The notes under the pieces are model-generated. The model was not told the origin of the DNA, ran no database searches, and was given only the letters and a program-made list of their open reading frames with translations. A stretch of 63,916 nucleotides of DNA, the filler included, from Folioceros fuciformis (taxonomy: Eukaryota): NCBI GenBank assembly GCA_049999805.1. It is 15 parts of 15 records of this genome, joined end to end, with 100 filler letters (N's around TTAATTAATTAA, not from the genome) between each part and the next. Parts side by side here need not be neighbours in the genome. Positions count along the whole stretch, not along the records: positions 1 to 11,076 come from JBNGIO010003196.1; 14 more parts are not named here. The stretch is one strand, 5' to 3'. Made by a program: the position numbers and the translations under genes. Positions 1-11,176 of this stretch are shown here, piece by piece (position 1 is the stretch's first letter; the number at the start of each line of letters is the position of its first letter).

Positions 1-751
1 GCAACGTCTGGTAGGATCGCAAGCCGCGTGTTGCCGGCTGTACAGTGCCTGGTAGGATCGCAGGCAGCGTGTTGCCGGCTGTACAGTGTCTGGTAGGATC
101 ACGGGCAGCGTGTTGCCGGTTGTATAGTATTTGGTAGGATCACAAGGTGTAATGACCAGGGTGTAGGGGCTTGCCCCTAGCTCTTGATTGTAAAGGATGT
201 GTCTTTCTCTCGACCTATCCACTCATGTTCCTTGCTCGGACAAGTGTTGTAGGCCGGCCATGTTTCATGGCGTCTGGTAAGGTTGTAGGGGGGAGATATC
301 CAAGAGGGGAGTGTGTTCTCTTCTTCCTTTTGTTTGGGGTTAGTCTACTGACTCTTGCCGGGTAGGAGGAGTCAATAGGGAAGTGTAGAAGGTAGTGGTG
401 TCATTGTTAGTTACTGGTGTTGGTGCTGGAGTGAGAGAGTGAGTGAAGTGTGTGAGGGAAGTCGCAGATCTGAGAGGTTAGAGTCGTTGTAGTGACTGGA
501 GTGAGTTTGTGGGCACAGAGAGGTGCAGCTGACAGCTGGACAGCGAGGCCTGTTCTACGCCTGATCGGAGCTGGAGGGGAGCCCTCGAATCCATCATCGA
601 GTCGATCAAGTCCGACCCTCCGTCCACAGCAGCAAGGAACCCCATCGCTCCTTCGTGGGAACGAAACCCAATGTCTCAACGACAGTGGGATAAGTGTGGC
701 CACTAAAGGTGGAACCCGTTGGCAATCAGTGCCCGGGGTTTCGCCTCCACA
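1..751 (+). mobile_element. 3' part of an Athila/OTA-like Gypsy LTR (family L1), ending ...GCCTCCACA
   Basis: 458-751 is near-identical to 61086-61381 and both stop at CCACA. Contains CCTTCGTGGGAACGAAACCC, resembling the conserved Athila-type U5 motif. Confidence 0.55.
7..146. repeat. 41-bp tandem repeat, about 3.3 copies
   Basis: GGTAGGATC recurs at 10, 51, 92 and 133. Confidence 0.9.
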
Positions 752-1680
752 TGGAGCGATCAGGACAGCCTTGCTGATCGGCTGGCCAGGGTCTGGCAGG
801 AAGGCAGATGAGGGCGGTGGCGGCTGGCTGGATCCAAGGTCCGAGGGCCTCCCGGCAGGACCTAGCCAGCCTGCTTCGTCAGGACGGCTAGGCGGCCAAC
901 AGCAACAGGGCGTCTGACTAGGTGGATCGTGTGCTAGCAGCCGTCCGACAAACGGCCTGGAGCAGGACCGGAGCGAAGATGGGCGCCGGCTGTAGGGGGC
1001 TAGTTCGGCTGGGCGACTTGGCTGGTCACGGCTGGGCATAGTGACCTGGCTGGCCCGTGAGCAGCCAAGGTCAGGCTATCTAGGAGCCGAACTGACCCAG
1101 AGGAGCAAACCGGGACGAAGGCAGGCAGCCGCCGCAAGCAGGCAGATCCGAATAGGCTGCCTGGCAGGAGCTGGAGGGCAGAAGTTGACTAGGGACAGTC
1201 GGATCCCAAAGGCAGGCAGTCGGCTGGAGCTGGCGGCTATTCGGGTTGGATCCAGATGGAAGGCCAGCTAGGGGCCTCTAGCCAGATAGCCGGGTAGGCA
1301 GATTGAAGTGGATCCATCCAGCTGGGCAGGTGGCTTGGTCGGGGCAAGGCAGCAACGGATCCGACCAGGCCAGGCAGGCCAGGGCGGATCAAGCAGGATG
1401 TTGCTGCTGGGGGCTGGGCCACCAAGCGGAAGGAGGCCGGTTGCGTGGGGGAAATTTGCGTGCCCACCGCACCTGCCATATGGCGGCTGCGTGGGGGAAA
1501 TCTGCGAGCCCACCGCACCTGCCATATGGCGGCTGCGTGGGGGAAATCTGCGTGTGGAAATCTGCCATATGGCAGGTGCTGGCCGGATTGGCTGCAGGCG
1601 GTGGGCAGCAATGCGGAGACTCCTGCTGCTTGTGGTGGCCTGGAGTAGCAGTCCGGACTGATTCGGGCATGGCAGGGTGT
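752..1680. repeat. GC-rich, G-skewed low-complexity tract (GGCTGG/CCAG/GGATCC motifs), TE-internal
   Basis: Same composition as 9300-11076 and 57002-58047. No recognisable protein in any frame. Confidence 0.6.
1443..1576. repeat. 46-bp tandem repeat x3 with palindromic core GCCATATGGC
   Basis: GCGTGGGGGAAAT at 1443, 1489 and 1535. Confidence 0.85.
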
Positions 1681-1682
1681 CA

Positions 1683-1908
1683 AAGCTAGATCTTCCGATG
1701 TGAGTGCGAATTGCGTTGGGGAGCACACTGGGGATTGCGTACCTACACCATGAGGCAAGCCCGCCGGTTTTCCACAAAGCCATCAAGGCTAAAAACATCC
1801 GGCTGGATGGAAAGCGGAATGCTAAGGTTGCGGATTTCGGGCAGTCAAAGCTGGGCCGATGTGGAGCAAGAGGGGTTGAGTCCTGGGCATGGGTCGACAG
1901 TGGTGAAG
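1683..1908 (+). pseudogene. Captured fragment of an LRR-VIII-1-like receptor kinase (subdomains VIa-VII and activation loop)
   Basis: [56 protein letters not shown], then a frameshift to [20 protein letters not shown] is degraded and there is an internal stop. Confidence 0.85.
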
Positions 1909-2027
1909 ATCTTGAAGAAGCATGATAACTAGACTGGGGGTGTCCTTTGCATGTCTTATATCCAGACTGTCCTGCACCAGCCTTCTACACGACGAAGCTA
2001 TGGCCTCAGCTGGTGAAAGACTGTAAG
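1900..2027 (+). pseudogene. Captured fragment of an SPX-domain protein (C-terminal helices)
   Basis: [39 protein letters not shown] matches the SPX consensus LVKILKKYDKRTG..RLPFIQKVLQQPFYTTDLL.KLVKEC. Confidence 0.75.
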
Positions 2028-2397
2028 GGGACTTGTTTGACTTCTTTTCTATGCCACCCATTTTCCAGCAATAGCCACTGTGGAAGTCCTCCTATTTGAC
2101 GAGGGAGTAAACAGTGTGGGCTCTGTAAAGCTCCGGGAATGATGTCGAGCGGACGGATGCTTCTGAGGAGGTTGAGGAGGTTCGAAGCCATGAGCGCGAG
2201 CAATGGGCAGCTGGTGGCACATCCCTCCCCGAAGTAGCATGGCTTGCCGCTGGCTCTTGCTAAACATCCTAGAGGATCTCCAAAGGTTGCAGCCAGTCTC
2301 AGGATCCATTTCCAGTTCAAGAGGGTTACGGTGACCTGGACAAGGGTCGGGGGCACAGGCTGCCAGAAGAATGCATGCGGACGAAGCCGAGGGACTG

Positions 2398-2922
2398 TGT
2401 GGGGTTAAATATGGTACCCGGCGGTATCGCGAGGTCCACACAAGCCCTCTATGTCGTTGTAGCTCTGGGATTCAATCCCAAGGGAATGATTTGTGTTAAA
2501 CTACACAGGTTAGCTTCTAAAGTCAATTAACACCTAAAGCTCGACTGACCCACACACACACGTCCAGTGCTCGGACCTTACCAAGCCTCCTTAGTTCTCC
2601 CACCAGATTACCCCTCAACCACCCAGTCGCCCCAGGGACTACCGCCCCCTGGACTATGCTTGGTTGCCCACCGGGCTACCCTCCGTCCCCCAATGGACTA
2701 CTACCGTCACTCCTTGGACTACCTCCGTCGCCTTTCGGGCGACGGTCGCCTGATGGTCTACCGCTCGTGGGTCCCACTCTCTCTCCCTCTCTCAGTTCCC
2801 TCTCTCTAGGGTTTTCTCTCCCTAGGGTTTCCTCTCTCCCACCGGGTCGTTCCTACCCGACTGATTACCTCCTGTCCGCGCATCCTCTTTTGCACTTCCC
2901 TTCCTTGGTTCACCACAAAACC
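2398..2922 (-). mobile_element. Truncated Athila/OTA-like LTR (family L2)
   Basis: Starts TGTGGGGTTAAATATGGTACC on +. Homologous to 62960-63419 and 63838-63916. Confidence 0.6.
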
Positions 2923-3987
2923 TGTGGTCCACCACTCCTCCTCCTTCTCTGGTTGCTGAGGACAGCCACAGGCCCCCGTTCTACCCAGCGATGGGCCTCC
3001 TCTTCCATTAGTTCCTCCAGAACTGCCTCCGCATAGCAATGGGGCAGTCCTGTCACCCACCAGCTGTAGTGGTAGAGTCCCAGGCGCGTCCTCAACTGTA
3101 GGCCGTAGCCCCGCGTCCCTCCTGTGCCCATACGTACATACAGAAACAGCTTCAGAACCCTGGCCCCTTCTACATACAGGCCTGGCACATAGGAGGCCTC
3201 CTCCTCATATTGCAGCACAATCCGACCTTCCGTCATAACAGAGGTGCTTACCCCATCCTCCCTTGGGCTACCTCGGGTTGCCTGCTCCCCCTCCTGCTGG
3301 GGTACCTGAAGGTTCTCTGCCTGCCCAGCTGTTGCCTCCTCCGGCTCTGTCCTCCTGGTAGGGGTCACCCTCCTGGAGCGCCTAGGGGCAGGCGCCCCTA
3401 CTGCTTCCTCCTTCATTTCCAAGGTTGGTTCTTTAGCTATCCTAGGCCTTGCTGGGCCACCGGTAGCCTCGTCGACTACTCGACTACCAGTAGTCCCGTG
3501 GACTATCAGGCTACCGGTAGTACCCTCAACTACTGTTCCCCTGGTTCGGCTACCGGTAGCCCCTTCTGCTACCGGGGTTGCCGACTGACTCGGACGCCCA
3601 GCCTTGCCCTTCCCCTTCACTCTCTCTCTGGCCTCATCCCACTCCCGCTTGTATCTGTCAGCCAACTTCTGAGCCTGCTCCACAGCGGCTATCTCCATCT
3701 TTTGTGCCCTGGCCATTTCCTGTTGCATCTCCAGGTTAGTCTCGTGAGCCTCCCTCACCTTAGCTAGCAGGGTCTCCTGTTGCTCTTTCAGCGCCTGCAC
3801 TTCAGCCCTTGCCTCGTGCGCCTCTTCCTCGGCTTGAGCCTTCTCCCTGTCCAGGACCCGCTGCTTCTCCTCTAGCAGTTGCCGCGCCGTCTCCGATTCC
3901 GCCAGTTGCCTCCTTGCTTCAGCCTCTCGCTCATGAGCCTTCTCCTCCTTTCCCCGAGCCTCGGCCTCTCGCTCCGCTTGTACACTT
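2923..3987 (-). mobile_element. Gypsy-associated extra ORF (E/A/R/K coiled coil, S/T/G repeats, C-terminal globular part), truncated at both ends
   Basis: Frame is open from 3987 to 2923 (track ORF 2910-3800). A degenerate homolog lies at 44697-45135. Confidence 0.5.
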
Positions 3988-6900
3988 TGTGACTAAAATG
4001 GAGAGTGCGCATAGATTCATAGCGTAGAGCTTAGTACATTGCAAGATAGCGGCGGCATACAAGGTCTAAGGTGCTAGATAAGCACCGGTCTGATGGCGTG
4101 TAACCGCCACAACCGTTCCTAACCAAACACCTAACCTGCGGTCTAACTAAAGTTCAAAGTCGTAAAATAATCTAACCTATTTACCCCTTCGTGGGGTATT
4201 AGGGTTTGCCCAACACCCCCACTTGACAAGAACTTAACCAAAAAAAACGTAGCCCTAACTCCTCCTCTTCGATTTATTCCTCGCCGCCGCTTGTCGAGAT
4301 GTTGACCGCCAGGTTACTGCCGCTGCTCATTCTGATCTCCAACCTTGTCCTATTTGCCCTTGTGTTTGGAGCAGAGAAAGCAGCTGCCTGTCGGCCACCA
4401 TCGTCATGTCTACACGCTCACTTGCAGAGGTGCGAACTGGCACCTGCAACTTTCTTGTGATCCCTGTAGCCACGCATCCTAATCTTGGGCTCGTGTTTGT
4501 GTTTTGCAGTTCCAGACTTGCAGACTGACTCGACAGACTGACCAGGTGTGTTCTGGACTCAGCTTTCTAACCTAGCCTGCATAAAGTTCTTGACTGCAAT
4601 TATGATATTATTTCTAATCTACGCATGTGCCTAGTCTTCATATACCAAGCCCAGGTGCCGACAGTGCTTCATGTGGGGCTCCGCCGCCAGGGCCTTTGTG
4701 AGAACATCAGCCGGATTTTCCGACGTGCTGATGTAGTGCAGCTGAATTTCTCCTCGTGCCACCACTTCTCTGATGAAGTGATGATGCACTTCAATGTGCT
4801 TAGCCCTGGGATGGAAGACAGGGTTGTTAGCAAGCGCAATTGCGCCTTGGTTGTCACAGAACAGGTTCGGTTCCTCCATCTGTGGCTCTCCCACATCTTC
4901 CAAACATCTACGATCCCACACTACATCCTTGGCAGCAACGGTAAGCGTTTTATATTCAGCTTTAGTGCTCGATAAACATATGTTCTCGTTCTTCTTACAT
5001 GACCACGAAATTGGGCCACCTGCAAGCAGGAACACGTAAGCCGCCACTGATTTTCTACTGTATGGGTCTGCTGCCCAGTCACTATCACAGAAGCCTTCTA
5101 GTTGCATATTATTTGTCTCACACCTCCTGTATGTGATGCAGAAGTCGGCTGTATGCTTGAGATAACGCATCATGCGCTTTACCTGGGTCCAGTGGTCTCT
5201 ACCATATGCTGCCAGGAATTGGGAAAGAAGATGGATTGGGAATGCAATATCTACCCGAGTTAAACAGGTCAGGTAAATTAGTGTTCCCACTGCTGCTTTG
5301 TACAGGACTGAAGCCATTTCTTGCATCTCCTTAGAACTGCTGGCTGCTTGCTCTTTTGACAGCTTGACACCGGACGCTAAGGGTGTATAAGACCCATGTG
5401 CCTCAGCCAGGTTAAACATGACCAACATATCATTTATGTATTTCTTTTGTGTCAGCTGCAGGGTTCGTATCTTTCTGTTCCGAATGATCTCGACACCCAA
5501 AAACCACTTCAATGGACCAATATTAGTCATCTCAAACTCAGATTTCAACAGTTTCTTCACTGTAGGAAGCAGGTTTGTCTGTCCAGGGGTGTAAGCGATG
5601 ATCAAATCATCCACATACACGAGCAACAGAATGTAAGCTCCCTTCCGCCTCAGTATGTACAGGTTGCCATCCACATTGCCCTTGACAAACCCGCACCTCA
5701 TAAGAAATGTTTCTAACCTTGTGTGCCACGCACATGGGCTTTGTTTCAGGCCATACAAAGTTTTATGGAGTTTACAGACAAGATGCTCACTACCTCTCTT
5801 GACGTACCTTTCAGGCTGTGCCATATATATCTCTTCGTCCAAGTTTCCGCTCAAGAATGCCATGCGAACGTCCATCTGTTCCAGGTCCAAGTCCTCATGT
5901 GCAGCTACTGCCAAGACCAAACGGAGGGTAGGGAACTTCACCACTGGAGCGAAGGTTTCAAAGTAGTTCTCGCCCTCTCTCTGTGAAAACCCTCTTACTA
6001 CAAGCCTTGCTTTGTGTCGCTCAATGCTTCCGTCTACATTATACTTGGTCTTAAAGACCCTTACTGATAGTTTTTCTGCCCTTCGATAGTTCTTGCAAGG
6101 TCCAGGTACCGTTCTTGATAAGGGAACTATACTCATTCTCAACCGCCTTTTTCCAGGAGGCTCCATCGTGTCCACCGTAGGCTTCTTGCATAGTGGCAGG
6201 GTTAGATGAATTTGTATTTGCTGCTGCGATAGCATAGACTTGTGTAGCTGTAAGCGTGTTATCCAGACGGCCTGACTGGACTGTTACCAACAAGGACTGA
6301 AGGGCTAGTGGAGTCTCATCTTCATCAGCTGACGTGTCCACGCTGTCACCATCATTGTCCCCCACTGGAGGTACAGTCACCACCGTCCCTGTGGCGAAGT
6401 CTGTATGACTGTGCCGGCCCATCCACTGTTCAGACTGATAGGGAACAGGTGGAGCTCGGGTCCTTCCTGACCTCCGTGGCATTACGATAGGTGCTGCAGG
6501 TACTTCCGCTTCCGGGACAGATTCTCCCACAAATGCGTCACCTCCTGAATAATCATCTAACACTTGCTCAGGTACATACGCTCCCTCGTCAGCCAACGCA
6601 TCCTCATTGAGGTCAAACGAGGCCTCCTCGTCATGAGTCATGCCATGCTCCGACTGGTCAAACACAGCAGGTTCTAATGCCGATTCTGGTGCTGCTGCAG
6701 GTATTGCTATTGTATCCTCCCCTTGAGCATGAGGAGCAGGCATACCTGATGATGGCTCCAGCAGAGAGGCTTCATCAAATACCACACTGCGAGCATACTC
6801 CACTTGTTTAGTAAGTGGATCAAAAAGTTTGTACGCCTTGATCCCGTCAGTGTAGCCAATGAACACTCGTTTCATTGCTCGATCCGATAGTTTAGCATGT

Positions 6901-8993
6901 TGCCTCTTCTACTTAGGGACGTGGGCATAGGCGGGGGACCCAAACACTCGAAGGTGCTGAATGGAAGGCACCTTGCCACACCAGAGTTCATGCGGGGTCC
7001 GTCCCTGCATAGCACTCAAAGGAAGTCGATTATGAAGGTATGTTGTTGTGCTTACGGCCTCACCCCAATAGGCCAGAGGCAATTTTGCCTGTTTTAACAG
7101 TGCTCTTGTGATGTCTTGTGCAGATCTGTTCCAGCGCTTAGCAACCCCATTTTGTGACGAACTGTAGGGAACAGTAAATTGCCTTGCAATCCCAAGAGAT
7201 TGACAATGTGCATTAAAGGCATCGGAGTCGAACTCCCCTCCATTATCAGTACGAAGGCACAAGATTTTGACTCCCAACTGCCTTTCAACCAACGCCTGGT
7301 AATGTTTAAAACTGTCAAATGCCTCACTTTTGTTCCGTAGCACATAGACATGTGCATACCTGCTGTAATCGTCGATGAACGACAGGAAATACTTGCCTCC
7401 ACCGAAAGACTCCTTGGACACTGGACCACAGAGGTCAGCATGAACCAGTTGCAGTAGTCCTGTAGCACGAGTGCCCCCACCTTTTGGGAATGCTGTAACG
7501 TGATGCTTCGCATATGTGCAGGCCTCACAAAAAGGGAGTTTTCTCAAATTCTTGGGCAACCCATCAGCATACAGGTCAGTCTTCTCCATAGCAGAGAGCT
7601 TTGTGGCATTAGGATGTTCTAATTGCATATGCCAGATGTGCGTTACTCCTGCACTGTCTACTGCTGGACTGATTCCAGCTACCTGTGCAGATGGTATTTG
7701 CACACTTCGTGCATCCAATAGGAACAGGTCGTTCACTAGCCTTCCAACTGCCAGAGTCTTTCCTGACCGACTTACAGTGCACATTCCCCGTTTGAAGACT
7801 ACTTCAACGAAAACATCCTTTGTGATCTGATGCACGGACAGCAGGTTCTTTGTGATAAAGGGCACATGTAGGACTCCAGAAAGTGTAAGGGTAGCTCCAC
7901 TTTTGAGAGTTAGAGTAACCTCCCCTACTCCCTTTATCTCCAGTTGGCTATTGTCGCCCAGAAGGACCTTCTGTTCCGTAGTGTCTGGTATATAGTTGGT
8001 GAAAGCTGACCTGTCACAGCAGATATGGGACATAGCCCCTGAGTCTATGTACCAGCTGCCTTCGCATGCACTGGAAGCACTCAGGCAGACTGTAAGGGCC
8101 TGGTGGGCAAAGCGATGTCTTTGGAGCTTGCCAGGTTCGATGCAACACTCCAACGATGGTGCAACTCTCAGAGATTCCTGCCTAGGAGGAGAACAAACCA
8201 CCAGGACTGAGGGCAACGTTTTCTCCTTCTTGGCCACAGAGTGCACCTCAGGTAATGGGACTCGCCTCGGTTCCCCGTTTTTCTTCTTCCTGCAGTCTCT
8301 TTCCCAATGATTGGGAAGTCCGCACCAATTGCAATTTCCGACTCTTTTCTTAGCTCCTGACCCTTCACCAGGTCCACTAGAGGCTGTCCAGTTGCTCTTG
8401 ATGGCTGGCTTGCTGCCTTGTGGCAGTCCAGGTCTATGTGGCCCCTTGGGCCTAGCTGTGAAGAGTGCCTGATTTCTTGGAGGTTTAGCAGTATGTCTCG
8501 TCATCTCCTCCTGGAGGAGGGCTCCCACAAGCTCATTAAACTCAAGTGCAAGCACCTGATTTTCATCTATATTCACTACCAGGGCCAACTGTCTGGCCAT
8601 GCGCAGCATAGCATTTTGACTGGACACGAAGTGTGAGTAACTAGGGGGTAAGGCTGCCAGGAACCTCACACATGCATCTTGTTCATTTATCCGTGCTCTA
8701 GTCTGCTCTAATTTCAGTCTTGCATGTCTGAACTGTGTTACAAACTGATCAATAGGCTCACCTTCCCGCATCTTGAGTGAGTGAAATTTTGTTTGCGCAG
8801 CCATCCTGGTCATCATGTCCTTTGCATGGTAGACCATGGCCAGGTGGTCCCACATTTCTTTTGACGTCTTTGCATCTATGACACTCAGGGCCATTTGCTC
8901 ACTTAAGCCAATGCAGATAATTCCTTGTGCTCTCTCATCCAGCTAGTCCCAACAAAGTTGTTCAGGTGATGTGGATCTGAAGCTGAGGATATC
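3988..8993 (-). mobile_element. Ty1/Copia element A: degenerate gag-pol, PPT and 3' LTR (about 3988-4215). The 5' end is interrupted at 8994.
   Basis: CNWCGLPNHWERDC knuckle, YIDSG protease, LRTDNGGEF integrase, LYGLKQ/YVDDL RT and CDSDWA..CDN..ADVLTK RNase H in ORFs 6909-8894, 6051-6875 and 4631-6235. PPT AAGTGGGGG precedes TGTTGG. Confidence 0.95.
4299..4460 (+). other. Small antisense ORF (53 aa, hydrophobic N-terminus) or spliced antisense transcript in the 3' region of Copia A
   Basis: MLTARLLPLLILISNLVLFALVFGAEKAAACRPPSSC...*. Candidate GT-AG introns at 4313-4374 and 4430-4509 (CCTAAT branch, TGTTTTGCAG acceptor). Confidence 0.3.
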
Positions 8994-11076
8994 TGTGGAG
9001 TCCATATGGGCAACAGCCCCCCTGGAAAACGGAAGAGTTTGTTTTTTTTGGGTTTTTGATTGAATTTCGTAGAGGATTGGTTAGGAGACTAAGTTAGATT
9101 AGAGATAGATTAACGGGAAGTCGATAGGGTCTCAGAGGGAAGTCTGGCAGGTAGGTCACGGGTCTGGGTCCCCATTGGCTAGAGTGTCTAGATGAGTGTA
9201 GGATCCTAGGACTGTGCGTGCGAAGGGCGAGACGGGGCTCTCGGGTAAGGATGGGGATGACGGATGGCCCTTACTCCTAGTTCACCGGCAAGACAAGGCT
9301 CACGAGAGCACAGGTGGCTGGGCCACACAGGCCGTCGGCAGGTCTGGCAGGGTGGCTCCCTGGCTGGATATGGGGGTCGGCCAAGGGCTCTGGCCAGTTG
9401 GCCTGGGCAAGCCGTGGTGCTAGCGGGCCGAGGCCAGGCTGAGGTCCCGGCGGGATCTAGTGGACAAGCGGCTAGCTCGGCAGCAACCTGCTGCTAGGAA
9501 CCAGGCGAGCAGGCGGGAGCTGGTGGGCAGCTTGGTGCGCAGTGGGATCAGCTGGTCTACAGCCAGCTTGGTTGGCCGATTCTGTAGCGAGCTTGTTTGG
9601 CCGATCCGGGAGGCGGGCCGGTCGGCTAGTTGGGCAGGCCGGGGTGGCCTGGGTGTGCGGGTCACTAAGGCAGGGCATGCCGAGGAGGTGGGCTGCCTGA
9701 GCGACTCAGGACCGGAGCTGGATCCGCAACTGTAGCAGGCTAGGGTACCGTCGGGCTGGTAGATGGATCTGGTCAGGGCGGGTTTGCTGGCTGGTAGGGG
9801 CTGGCTGGCTGGTCATGGGTGCTAGGCAGCCAGGCTTGCGGGCTGCCGGCAAGCGGAGGAGGCAGCCAGGCCAGGTAGGGGGCTGGTCGGTCAGCGGTGG
9901 GCTGACGGCGGAGAAGCCAGGCGGCTGCTGCGTGACCAGTTGGCCTGACCGGCTGGTTGCGTTTGGAGGCAGCCGGGCGGGCCAGGCTCAGATCCAGGCG
10001 GCTGCTGCGGAGAGGTCAGCCAGGCCGGGCCATGGCAGCCGGGCAAGTGGTTGAGCCGCGGGGCCCTGTGGTCTGTTGGTCGAGACGGAGTCAGGCAGGT
10101 GGCTGGCCCAGTAGCGGCCAGCTGCTGAGGAGCCACCAGGCCTTGCAGGCGCCCTGGCAAGGGCTGGCCAGTAGAGACCGGCTGTTGAGTAGCAGCCGGG
10201 CGACCCAGCAGAGCAGGCAGTGGGGAGAGGCAGCCTGCGGGCTGGGTCCAGCGGGCGGACCAAATCTAGGCAGGCAGTGGCAGATCTGGCTAGCTAGCCA
10301 GGGCTGGATCAGGAGGCTGGCAGGTGACTCAGGCAGATGCTGGCCGATCGCCAGACAGCCCAGTCTAGCCAACAGCCGGCGCAGTCTGACTTGCTGAAGA
10401 GGATCCATGCCGGGGGGGAGATCTGCTGCCGGGAGGCGGCGGCTGAAGAGCTTAGCCAGCAGCCATCCCGGCCCGGCCGTAGGCATGCTTGGCCAGCCAG
10501 GACAGCCCAAATGGTTAACAGGCGAGTCTGAGGAGGCCAAGGCCGGCACTAGGAAACCCGCCAGGCGGGGCGTGGTTGGCCTGGCTGTTGTGAGGGTCGG
10601 CTAGGCAGGAGCGGCGCTGGATCCCCCCGGCCTGACTAGCCGATCTAGGGCCAGCCAGGCGGGCTGTAAGCAGGTAGCTGGGTAGGCTAGATCGGTGGCT
10701 GCAGGCGGCTTGCAGGGGTTGGCAGGCGGCCTGGCAGATGGTCGGATCGCCAGGCAGCCAGGCGGCTGCTTGATGGCTAGCGGCTGGCTGGAGGAGATCC
10801 TCGCGGCAGGGCGAGGAGCAGGGGGCGCTGCCAGAGCAGGTACCCGGCTGGCGGTTGGCTCAACGGGATTTTGGGGGGGCTAGTGGCCTGGCCAGATTTG
10901 TGAGGACGAAAGGCTGGTGTGCGGCCTCTGGGCGAGCTGGTTGAAGCCGGGTCCAGGCCAGGAGGGCGGGGTAGAGACCAGATTGGTGAGCTCCAGGAGC
11001 TGGCTGGGATCAAGGGAGGCCGAGGAATGGGCAGCCAGGCCGACTGGCTGGACCGTGGCCAGTCGGCGGGCTAGCT
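8994..11076 (+). mobile_element. Repeat element with terminus TGTGGAGTCCATATG and a long GC-rich interior (probable large-LTR start), inserted in Copia A gag
   Basis: Abrupt break in gag at 8993/8994. The first ~130 bp resemble the reverse complement of 58148-58282. Confidence 0.55.
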
Positions 11077-11176
11077 NNNNNNNNNNNNNNNNNNNNNNNN
11101 NNNNNNNNNNNNNNNNNNNNTTAATTAATTAANNNNNNNNNNNNNNNNNNNNNNNNNNNNNNNNNNNNNNNNNNNN
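11077..11176. other. Artificial contig linker (44N-TTAATTAATTAA-44N). 13 more start at 14450, 17398, 21535, 26053, 33845, 46454, 48475, 54118, 55250, 56902, 58048, 59822 and 60986.
   Basis: Identical 100-nt structure with stop codons in all six frames. Confidence 0.99.

Noticed and set aside
9214-11076. Many overlapping ORFs in GC-rich tracts (also 407-1798 and 57122-58001)
   Set aside because: Stop-poor low-complexity DNA, open on both strands, with no motifs.
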